DNA of 64,000 nt from Mobula hypostoma (taxonomy: Eukaryota), in assembly GCF_963921235.1 (NCBI RefSeq), contig NC_086097.1:36148001-36212000 (forward strand), in the 5' to 3' direction. Below the pieces are notes generated by a model. The model was not told the origin of the DNA, did no database searches, and worked only from the letters and a program-made list of their open reading frames with translations. Of this stretch, positions 50,509-61,030 are shown piece after piece (position 1 is the stretch's first letter; the number at the start of each line of letters is the position of its first letter). The translations under genes and the position numbers were made by a program.

Positions 50509-51785
50509 GCGTGTTGCTGAAGAAATAACTGCCCAAGATGGAGGTAGAGGCAGACATTGGCACTGCATGTAAACAGTCCTTAAATGTGTACCTTAGAAGC
50601 TGAAACCGGCAGGTTTATGGGACTAATGCTCAGAGGTGGATTAGGTAAGGTTGTTCTTTATCACATGGACACATGGACAGACTATCCCCCCCATATCGAA
50701 AATCTTCTGTGATTTTCACACAGGAAATATCTTTTTTTTTTACCTTGGTCAATTAATTGGTTCAGGTGACTTTCAAATCAATAAAAGTAGACTGCATTGG
50801 GCGTTTCCCTGGAATCCAGTGGTTGTTTGTTTAAAATCAATGGATTTGGCAGGAGACAGATTCTTGTCAAATTATCACTTCTGAACCAGGTACTGTTAAA
50901 ACACGTTCCAGTGATCCCCAGAATTTGTGTATTACTTCATTCTGAACTGCATTATCAGCAAACTTTAGATCCACATTTGATTTCTTTCTATGCTGCAAAG
51001 GATAAATAAAGGAAATTTATACTCATCAGATACTGTATGGTGTGAAGCGGTAAACTAAATCCTATAACAATTGGACAACAAAATGTTACCCTAGACCAGT
51101 GACTGAATCAGCACTAAATTATCAAATTTATTCAAAAAAGTAAGCATGCACAATTTGTTGCTTTGGAGATCAGCAAATGTTTTGAGAGAGAAATAAAAAG
51201 ATGGGCAGAGTACCACCTACCATTGTTGTGGTGGACAATGGACAACTTAATTTCGGAGATATTTCCCTCTCTCCCTACAGTTACCAGTGCCATCTCTTCA
51301 AATGTATATGAGTGAGACAGATCAGCTGGTGTGTAGTGTCACAGCAACCTTGCACTCATTGTCAGTGTCATGAAAAACTGTGGGTCAATTTTTTAAGAAA
51401 AATAACCAGATGGCTTGAGTCGCAAAAATAAATTGAGGTGCTTTTATTTACCTCAAAACAAAAACTGGGGAAAAAACTATATATATATATATATAGCCAC
51501 CCTCAGACTAAACACCAAAGAAAACTAACCCCAAAGCCTTGGTAACCTGAGGCTTATAACTGCTAAGCCCCTCCCCCTAGACCAACCAAAAGCTAATCAA
51601 CTCAATTATCTAATTAAAGATGGTATCCTCCACCATCAGCACACTGTTCAGGTTGTTGCTGCCTCGATATGAGACATCTCCATGCAACAGCTCTGTTTCA
51701 GACCCAGTCACTATTGCTGCTGGGGATGAGTGTTTTACTGAGTGCGCCATGTGCTGTCCGTAGTTAGTGATGGGCCTTCGTCACA

Positions 51786-51943
51786 TTACCACCCTCCTCT
51801 CCTGCAGCGGCAATGTTTGACAGTATTGACATGAAGTCCGCTGTAATGTTCTCCTTGCTTGCTTTGTGCCACACACAGAATCTGAAAGGTTGAAGTTCCA
51901 GGTACCACCTGGTCACCCTGGCATCCTGGCCCCTCACTGCATT
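51786..51943 (-). pseudogene. RNase H C-terminus plus PPT (sense orientation of the element)
   Basis: Minus translation NAVRGQDARVTRWYLELQPFRFCVWHKASKENITADFMS...GEEGGN running into the LTR; RH as the last pol domain is the Gmr1 order. Confidence 0.85.
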
Positions 51944-52720
51944 CAGGATCCCTCTAGGCCTCTTTCAGTTCACGGTGATGCCCTTTGGCTTACATGGTGC
52001 CCCAGCCACATTCCAGAGGCTTATGGACAGAGTGCTGCAAGGTTGTGTGGACTGCAGCGCTGCCTATTTGGATGATGTAGTCATTTTTAGCCTGACCTGG
52101 GAGGAACATCTGGAGCAGCTTCGTCGAGTCCTAGGTGCAATCAATGCGGCAAGACTTACACTCAACCTTCAGAAATGTGAGTGGGCCAGGCAGGAAACCC
52201 GGTACCTGGGGTATCAGTTGGGGAGAGGTGAAGTCCGGCCTCAGGTGGATAAAGTTGAGGCCATTCTGAACAGCCCCAGGCCCCGTACCAAGACCCAGGT
52301 CCAGTCTTTTCTTGGCCTAGTGGGCTGGTATCGACAGTTCATCCCTCACTTTTCAACCCTGGCAGCCCCATTGACCAACCTCACCTGCAAGTTGGCCCGT
52401 AATCCTGTGGAATGGAGTGAGGAGTGTGAAAGTGCTTTCCAGGGCCTGAAGGAGAAATTATGCTCTTCCCCTGTGTTACAGAGTCCTGACTTTGAACGCC
52501 GCTTCCTGGTGCGGGTGGATGCCTCAGGTGTAGGCATCGGGGCAGTACTGGCTCAGGGAGAGCCAGGTGAGGAACGTCCTGTGTTTTATCTCAGCAGGAA
52601 ACTTCTGCCCCTGAAACCCGGTACTCCACAATCGAGGAGTGTCTGGCAATCAAGTGGGTGTTGGACAGCCTCAGGTACTACCTTCTTGGGAGGGAGTTTG
52701 ACCTCCAGACGGACCACAGA
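51936..52720 (+). pseudogene. RT palm/thumb plus RNase H N-terminal part, inverted relative to the element
   Basis: TAFRIPLGLFQFTVMPFGLHGAPATFQRLM...AAYLDDVVIFS...FLGLVGWYRQF...VDASGVGIGAVLAQ...YLSRKLLP/ETRYSTIE-ECLAIKWVLDSLRYYLLGREFDLQTDHR. Confidence 0.93.
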
Positions 52721-52744
52721 ATCCAGGTCATGGATCTGTGGTCC

Positions 52745-52788
52745 GTCTGGTAAACAGGAGATCCTGGGTTCGAATCCCACCGCTGCCA
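52745..52788 (+). other. tRNA 3'-half copy forming an extended PBS (tRNA-Thr body plus tRNA-Leu acceptor end)
   Basis: GTAAACAGGAGATCCTGGGTTCGAATCCCA matches vertebrate tRNA-Thr and TGGGTTCGAATCCCACCGCTGCCA matches the tRNA-Leu(AAG/TAG) 3' end (sequences recalled from memory). Confidence 0.75.
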
Positions 52789-54929
52789 CAATATGTCACA
52801 AAAAACTGTGGGTCAATTGTTTAAGAAAAATAACCAGATGGTTTGAGTCGCAAAAATAAATTGAGGTGCTTTTATTTACTTCAAAACAAGACAAAAACTG
52901 GGAAAGATATATATATAGCCACCCTCAGACTAAACATCAAAGAAAAACTAACCCCAAAGCCTTGGTAACCTGAGGCTTATAACTGCTAAGCCCCTCCCCC
53001 TAGACCAACCAAAAGCTAATTAACTCAATTATCCAATTAAAGATGGTATCCTCCACCATCAGCACACTGTGCAGGTTGTTGCTGCCTCTATTTGAGACAT
53101 CTCCATGCAACAGCTCTGTTTCAGACCCAGTCACTATTACTGCTGGGGATGAGTGTTTTACCCAGTGCGCCATGTGCTGTCCGTAGTTAGTGACGGGCCT
53201 TCGTCACAGTCAGCAAGACCAAAGAATTGATTGTGGACTTCAAGATGAGGAAAATTGGGAGAACATCTACCATTCTTCATGGAAGAATCAACCTTGGAAA
53301 GAGTGGGCAGGTTCACATTTTTGGGTGTCAGTGTCTTGGAGGATCTATTCTGGGCCCAACACATTGATGCGCTCACAGAGATGTGCAAATTAAAGGCTCT
53401 ACTTTGTTAGGAGCTTGGGGAGATTTAGTATGTCACCAAAGACTCTTTTGTACTTCTATAGATGTTTGGTGGTTTGCATCGCAACCTGGCATGCTGAGTC
53501 TACAGCCTTTTTACTAGCTCCACCATGGGCACAACCATTTCCACCAATGCAGACGTTTTCACAAAGCAGTGCCTCAAGAAGTTGTCATCCATCATTAAGG
53601 ACCATCACAATCTGGGACACATCCTCCTCACATTGCTGCAGTCAGGGAGGAAGATCCTTACATGGACAGCAGGAGCCCTGGCTAACTGTTGAGAGACATT
53701 TGATTCCTTGAAGGCAAGAGCTCAGTCATTTCTTGTCATCCAGTTCATTATAACCTCTAGACATAAGAAATAACAGACAGACAATCTATCTCTTTATTTT
53801 CTCTCTCTTTAAACCAGCAGTAGAGATGTGCAATATATGGGGAACTAAACAGCCTGACTAAAGCAATTTATGTATCTGCCCCTCTGACAGGTTATATGCT
53901 GTATAGGGGAAATTGATAGACTCCGGTTCAAAACATCCTCCCTGAAGCTGCATTAGTGTATTATTAGTATGTTGCAACTTTCATAAAGAGTTTGCATCTT
54001 GCTCAGTAAACACTCAATAAACAGCCCTGTGCTGAATATTATAAAACCTTGCCAACTCTACGGGGTGAGATTATTGCACTTCTAAACATTAATGTGTAGA
54101 TGTCAATGTTAAAGGAAGCAGAACAGTAATAATCTGAGTAATTGAAGAAATAAATTTAGACTGATGGTAGTTTAGGTAACATGAGAGAAATGCTTTGAAA
54201 CCCTCATATTTGGTGTGTTTATAATATATACAGGGCCAATATATTCACCTGCTGTTTGCAAATAAGTTCTTCCCAGAGGGCTAGCTAAAACACCTTGCAA
54301 CATTTAACTTGCAAGAAAAAAGCACATTGGTCTTTGTAGCTTGTTAATAGTCTTTGCCAACAAAAAAGAAAATCATTTGAAAAAGGCAACACAAAATAAT
54401 TATAAGACATGATTGCAAAGTCTCAGATCTGTCAGCCTCTTTTTCCTGACAACTAATGTGAACCTAATGAAATAAACCTTTGCAATGCCCAATTCTGCCC
54501 TATCCTACATTATTTGGAACTCAGAGCCTGAAATGGAGTAGCCTCGGTAGAACAAGGACTCGTTGCACAAGTCTGTTGCACTCTTTTGCTATTTAAAAGA
54601 ATACACCATTGATGGTGGTAGACCTTGGTGGGACAATTTCAGAGTTGACAGAAGGTTTTCAAAATCCACATTGTACTACAACTAACAGAATGCTCACTAC
54701 ACCACTTAGCTGTGGGAAACTCCTGGAATGAGAGACTCAGGAATGATGCTGCCACTAACACGCCACATCAGTCGAGGTCATTTTGGATGTGGCTTGTGTA
54801 CCCTGGAGTCTATTCCCACATAGGCTTCAGAGATACCAGATCCCATATGGACCCCAGTAGCACAGGCTCTGGTTTCCCAAGTCTGTCTTCACTGACATCT
54901 CAGAACATTTGACCAAATCTCTAACCTTG

Positions 54930-55400
54930 TTTCCATTAATTGCCACATTACAGGAAGGATGCAGAAGCCTTAGAGATGGTGCAGAGGAGATTTACCAGGA
55001 GGTTACCTGGATTAGAGAACATGTCTTATGAGGTTAGGTTGAGTGAGCTAGGCTTTTCTCTTTGGAGCGAAAGAGGATGAGAGGTGATCTGACAGAGGTG
55101 TACAAGATGATAAGAAGCACATTTAGAGTGGACAGCCAGCACCTATAACCCAATATTAAAATGGCTAATACCAGGTGATCAGAGGAAAATGTAGCCAGAG
55201 GTTGGTTTTGTTGCAAAGAGTGGTGGGTGCATGGAACATCCTGGTGATGGAGGAAGATATATTAGCAATATCTAAGAAACTCTTAGACTTGCACGTGGAT
55301 GATAGAAAAATGGAGGGCTATGGGGTAGGGAAGAATTAGTTAGATCTTAAAGTGGGTCAATGCAACATCAAGGGTCAAAGAGCCTGTACTGTTCTATGTA
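54930..55400 (+). mobile_element. CR1 3' fragment
   Basis: PHYRKDAEALEMVQRRFTRRLPGLENMSYEVRLSELGFS...RMRGDLTEVYKMI. Confidence 0.85.
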
Positions 55401-56873
55401 ATATTCACTGAGAAGGCTCTCAGCCACGTTCCTCTGATTTATCCTCTCTCGTTGGAGATCTCAGATGCTTTGACACCTAACACCATCACAGAATTTTACA
55501 AAGGTATTGCAGGTCTATTCTATCACCCAATTTGCAACTCATCCCAGAAATGTATTTGCAAAATGAATGACTTTTTTAATCTATATTGATGTTGTTGAGA
55601 AAGTGGCATGTCAGGATTTATCAACATTGCAAACTCTCCAAAGGTGCAGACAGTAAGTAGTTGCATTCTCTTGACATTAGGACCGTATGCACAGAAATGG
55701 TTCCCGCTTCTTTAATGTACAGGTTGTAGTGGAACTGAAGACAAATTCACTCATGGGCAATACCATATATCATTGAAGCACTTGTAACTCCTACATTATG
55801 CCAGAGATGGTACTATTAAGCATTTTCAGTGGTTTCCCTTGGCCTAGTGACAAAGATTATCCTCTAGTTATGTGGTTTTCCATAAAATTATATGTAACTA
55901 AGCATGGTTGAGCAGAAAAATGAACACAATAATCATGTACAATAACACTAGTCTCTTGAAGATTTGATTCCAGAGGTGGGATAAATCCTCAGAACAAACC
56001 AAGCAGACGTTCAGTCTTTATCGCTACATGCTGCTCCTTGAGTAAATTTACCATGAGAAGGCAGCAGCTGTTGCTGGATAAGGAACAGCAAGGTGCCTAG
56101 CCATTTGTTAAGGAGTCATACTGGCTTTCAGGAGCAGGAGGAGGAGGGTGGAAGCAGCAGCCAGGGTGGCTCAACTCAGTATCTGCATCTTCATCAAGGA
56201 GAGAGTTACAGCCACTTCTGCCAGGTTCTTCCTACGTTGTTTGGTCCCCTGTTGTCCTTCCACCACCACATCCCTAACATCCTACCCAACAAAGGTTAGA
56301 AACCTGGCAGCTCTCCTACTGAGAATGCAAGGTCTCTCACTAAAACCCCGCCCTTGCATCTCCTGCCCAGTTGCCAAGGGAAGTTTGCCTATAAGAGCAA
56401 GCACCCTTTCAGACTGACTGTTCCAAGATGCAGTCACCTGAGGTGCTCCGATAGAAAGCAGCACAGGTCCCATACTGTTGGATCTTTAAAGGTGCAGACC
56501 ACTCTAGTCCGTATCAAGTATCACATTGCCCAGTTTTGTAAGTCATCCAAATCACACCAAGCACAATGCCACGTTAACACACCACATGTGGGCACTAGAT
56601 TTCTCAACTGCTGTTCACTCAGCCTAGCCCTTTGCCCTGCTCTTGCATTTGCACATGTTACGAATAGGATTCAGATTCATTTATCACATGTATATCAAAA
56701 CATACAGTGAAATGCATCATTTGCATTGACAACCAACACAACTCAAGACGGGGGGGGGGCAGCCCACAAGTATCGCCACACATTCCGGTGCCAACAAAGC
56801 ATGCCCTCAATACTCAGCAGAACAATGCAGAGCAGAACAAAATATCAGCAGCAAAACGAGCCCCATTACCCCC

Positions 56874-56874
<1 letters not shown>

Positions 56875-56917
<43 letters not shown>
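56875..56917. repeat. (CA)n microsatellite, about 21 units
   Basis: Read directly. Confidence 0.95.
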
Positions 56918-56923
<6 letters not shown>

Positions 56924-57479
56924 GTGTTTCATACTCAAGACAGGCTCTCTCCAGCAGATTTCGTTTTCCCAGTGAGTTTTCAGATTCAAGGATCCTGCAG
57001 TTCTCATAAAGTCTAGCCAAATTACACCACAGGGAACATTAAAGAATCACCTAATAAATGTACCTTCACCCTCGCTTTCTGGTTGTCAGCTGTATTGATA
57101 ATACAGTAATGTAGTTATCTAAGCTCAAGATGGAGGTGGCCAAGGGGTGTTTTGATTAAGGTATATAAAGTTACAAGAGGCATAGATAGACTACATAATC
57201 AGAATCCTTCCTCCCCCAAGGTGGTGGTATTTAAAAACAACAGGGCATGAATTTATTGTGAGAAGGGGACTTGAAGGGAAGGCTCTTTTTCGATACACAG
57301 AAAGTGGATGAATCTAGAGCACACTGCCAGAGGAAATTATGGAAAAGTTGAACTACATCAGAAAGAGTGATGTTTAGCAATTAGAAGCAAATTACTGCAG
57401 TCAAAACTCTGTAAAAGGTTCACAGCAGGAAAATAATAAATTCTCTCTGCATTCCTCCAAGCCAGATTCAGAATTTATT

Positions 57480-57930
57480 GCGTCATGAAGCTGTACAGCA
57501 TAGATACAGGCCCTTTGGCCCACTATATCTACGCCAACCATCTCTACTAATAGATGCAGGCCCCCTGACCATCAAGCTTATCTCTACTAATCCCAACTAC
57601 CTGCATTAATTCCATGTTCCCCCATGTCCTGCTCATTCGAGCACCTGCCCAAACACTCCTTAAATGTTGCCATTCTTTCTCCACCATCTTGCCTGGCATC
57701 GCATTCCAGATACCAACTATGAAAAATCTATCCCTCATTCGCTTTTAATTACCCGATTCTTACCTTATACCTGTGCCCTCTTGTTTTAGAGCGTCTTGCT
57801 GTGGGAAACGGACTCTAGCTACCTACCTTATCTATGCCTCTCATAATTTTATAGGGCTCTATCATGTCACCTCTCAGCCTCTTTGCTCCAGGGAAAACAG
57901 GTCCAGTTTATCCAATCTTTCCTGATAACT
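57480..57930 (-). mobile_element. CR1 3' fragment
   Basis: Revcomp contains gagaggtgacatgatagagccctataaaattatgagaggcatagataaggtag and the IVGIWNAMP motif. Confidence 0.7.
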
Positions 57931-58724
57931 CCTGTGGTCCAGAATGCTGTATTGAATAATGAAGATAGAAGTAAAGAGGATGATGTTGTGGAGACTGATA
58001 TATTAAAGCTGTTCAATCAAATAAAATTGATTTTTAAGGCAGTATAGAGAATTCATACAATGACTCCATTGCAAGAACACCCTTTTAGCCATCCAGCATC
58101 TTGGTACATCCTTAGGAAACGAAAAATGCAAGATATTCTTAATCCTTTAAGCAATGAACATTTGTCACAATGTTTGCATTAAACTTTTTTAAAAATTTAC
58201 ATTGCAAGCAAGGAAGTAGACTCCATTGTAAAACATGGTTGGATAAGGCGGACATGATTCAGTGATGTCAACATAATCCGCCCCATCTTCACTGGTCTCG
58301 TTATGCTAAACTGGAAGAATAAAGTTTGGGTCTGTACTCCACCCAACGTTGAAGTGAGAAATGCATTCAATATCTTCTAGATTTTAAGTGAACAAGTGAT
58401 CTATAGATATAAAGTTGTCTCTTAGAATTTCGTTCCAAAACACGTCGTAACAATTAAACTTACTCAATTAAAGGTATTTATGTATTAGCAAAAACATATG
58501 ACGAAGTATTTCATATTTGCTTGGCACTTCCAGGGGCAACCATTTAGTTTCTTTACTGATCACAGAAAGGACTGTACGTCATCTTGGATCCCTTCTACTT
58601 ATAACTGACATTAAAAGCACACACTAAAAGATTCGGTACACTGTTCCTTTTCAGGAGGTTGTGTGTAGTTTTTCTCGTCCATTGTGTAAACTGGCCTCTG
58701 CCCGGAAGTGGCAGGTTTTCTGTT

Positions 58725-58922
58725 ATTTACAGATATAGGGTGGAACAGGCCGTTCCGGCCTTCATGTCGCACCGCCCAACAACTCCGATTTAACCCTAAC
58801 CTAATCGCTGGTCAATTTACAATGATTAACTAACCTACCCGGTACGTCTTTGGACTGCAGAAGGAAACCGGAGGACTTGGAGAAAACCCACACATTCCAC
58901 AGGGAGGACGTACAGAGACTCC
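58725..58922 (-). mobile_element. V-SINE (HE1-like), truncated
   Basis: ggaaaccggaggacttggagaaaacccacacattccacagggaggacgtacagagactcc matches the reverse-complement V domain. Confidence 0.7.
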
Positions 58923-59049
58923 ATGTTATTGCTGACTTATTACTTGAAAATAAAATCATCTACAGAGATCAGCTTGTTTTGTGAAAATCCTTGCTGAATC
59001 ACAAATACTTCATTCTATGTCTTGTTTTCCTGTTGCAAATAGAAACTGA

Positions 59050-59318
59050 TTTATTTAGAGATATACCCTTGAACAGGCTTTCTGGTCCAACAAGCCTGAC
59101 TGCCTGGCAACCCACCCATTTAGCCCTAGTCTAATCACAGGACAATCTACAATGACCAATTAACCTAACTGGCACGCCGATAGACCGTAGGAGGCAACCA
59201 CAGCACTTGGAGGAAACCAGTGCAGCCACGGTGAGACTACAGAAGCTTCTTACAGACGGTGCCAGAACTGAACTCTGGCACTGCGAGCTACTAGAGCACC
59301 ATACTAAGCGCTACACGG
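59050..59318 (-). mobile_element. V-SINE (HE1-like), more complete copy
   Basis: Co-linear with 58725-58922; V-domain ggaggcaaccacagcacttggaggaaacc; tRNA-like head ...ctaagcgctacac. Confidence 0.65.
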
Positions 59319-59619
59319 TGGGGACATGATAAAAAGGTCAGATTTATCTAAAAGTCCACCAGTACTCAGTACAAAGTAAGTTGCCACACAAACAGCACCC
59401 ATTTAGTAGCGGTATCAATGAAAGTCCAATGCATATGGAAACATGCCTCAAAGAACGAAACCAAGGTTACCTGTATGTTGTAACAAATTCAGATTGCTGA
59501 TTTTTTATTATATTTTCATTTTAAAAGTGTATAGTCCACACCAGCTGGTGACCAAAACTGTCAGTAGAACACATGGGAGTATAAATGAAAGTCTAGGTAC
59601 ATGGACAAATAGGAGAAAG

Positions 59620-60090
59620 GCTGGAGAAGCAACAGTTCATATACCATCTGGATAGCCTCCAACCTGATGGTATGAACATCAATTTTTCTAACTTCTAATA
59701 ACTTCTCCCCCTTCCTCTTCTCTTTTTCCATTCTAGATCTCCTCTTCACCCTTCCCTTCTCCTCACCTGCCCATCAACTCCCTCTGGTGCCCCTTCTCCT
59801 TACATTTCTCCCATGGTCCACTCTCTTCTCCTATCAGATTCCTTCTTCTTCAACTTCTTACCACTTCCACCTATCACCTTCCAGCTTCTTACTTCATCCT
59901 CCCTCCCCCACCCACCCAACTTCCGCTATCATTTGCCAGCTTGTACTCTTTCTCCTCCCCATTCATATTCTCGCTTATTCTCCCTTCCTTTCCAGCCCTG
60001 ATGAAGGGCCTTGGCCTGAAATGTCGACTATTTATTCCTCTCCGTAGATGGTGCCTGAACTGCCTCCAGCATTTTGTATGTTTGTTGCTA
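59620..60090 (+). mobile_element. Older Penelope-like element 3' end with hammerhead motif (59994-60029)
   Basis: LEKQQFIYHLDSLQPDGMNINFSNF; agccctgatgaagggccttggcctgaaatgtcgact. Confidence 0.8.
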
Positions 60091-60734
60091 TAGGAAAATA
60101 TATTTCTTTTTAAACAAAGCTTTATCTTAATAAGCAGTTCACCAAGATGATAATAAGTTTTCACAAAAAAATTGTGCAAATCACCTGGGGAAGATGTGCA
60201 TCTATTTTCCTTTACTTTTCATAAAGTGCACATCCACTGCAAGACTTGTAAAAGTAAATTGATAACACAAGATACTTTGCATAAAGTCTTAATAGGCACT
60301 GTATATTCTCGGAGGAGAAAAGCAAGAGCAGACAAGGTATCTAAAGGCAATGCAAATGCCAATGCATTATACCATGTGGGAGATTTGCCACACACAAAAC
60401 ACCTGTCTTTAGAAACAGAACTGTGTCCTGGACAACACTGTTGATGTGGAGAATGGGGAGAGAAGTTAGGCAATGAAGCACAATAGACGTCAGGCTGACG
60501 GTTTATTTTCACCCAAAAACATTGCGAATTCTATTAGCCTTGTCATATTTTCTCTTCCTCTAATGGATTCTCTGCCCATTATAAATGACACTGGATGTGC
60601 TGCAAGATTTCTGAATCTGTCACCATTCGATTTAAACTTCATTCTGAGTTCAGCATTGAGATCAAAGTCTAAACTCAGTTTATTGTCGTATGAAGAGAGG
60701 GAATAAAGGGCTGCTGGTGAGTAGTGGTGTTTAG

Positions 60735-61030
60735 CAGTGGTCAGTGCTGGGACCACTTCTTTTTACGTTATATGTCAATGATTTGGATGACGGAATTGAT
60801 GGCTTTGTGGCCAAGTTTGCAGATGATACAAAGATAGGTGGAGGGGCAGGCAGTGTTGAGGAAGCAGAGAGGCTGCAGAAGGACTTGGAGAATGGGTGAA
60901 GAAGTGGCAGATGGAATACAATGTCGGGAAGTGTATGGTCATGCACTTTGGTAGAAGAAATGAAAGGGCTGACTATTTTCTAAATGGAGAAAAAAAATTC
61001 AAAAATCTGAGGTGCAAAAGGACTTGGCAG
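60735..61030 (+). mobile_element. CR1 RT core fragment
   Basis: SVLGPLLFTLYVNDLDDGIDGFVAKFADDTKIGGGAGSVEEAERLQKDL...KWQMEYNVGKCMVMHFGRRN. Confidence 0.9.

Larger units (their letters stand above)
51366..53208 (-). mobile_element. Miniature non-autonomous Gypsy/Gmr1-like LTR element with an internally inverted pol segment
   Basis: LTRs 51366-51785 and 52794-53208; TSD GTCAG (51361-51365, 53209-53213); the minus strand carries a PBS after the right LTR, a PPT GGAGAGGAGGGTGGTAA before the left LTR, and TATAAG upstream of AATAAA within the LTR. Confidence 0.93.
51310..53655 (+). mobile_element. Rex1/Babar LINE fragment hosting the mini LTR element
   Basis: NLALIVS|KTKELIVDFK reads through across the insertion; downstream LERVGRFTFLGVSVLEDLFWAQHID...TLLYFYRC. 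Confidence 0.8.

Noticed and set aside
52745..52788. Possible tRNA gene
   Set aside because: Only the 3' half is present, with no D-arm, A box or 5' acceptor strand; it occupies the PBS position of an LTR element.
56807..57020. ORFs containing CVCVCV or THTHTH runs
   Set aside because: Translation artefacts of the (CA)n microsatellite.
60172..60756. Cluster of 77-97 aa ORFs in unique-looking DNA
   Set aside because: Overlapping on both strands with no motif; consistent with chance ORFs.
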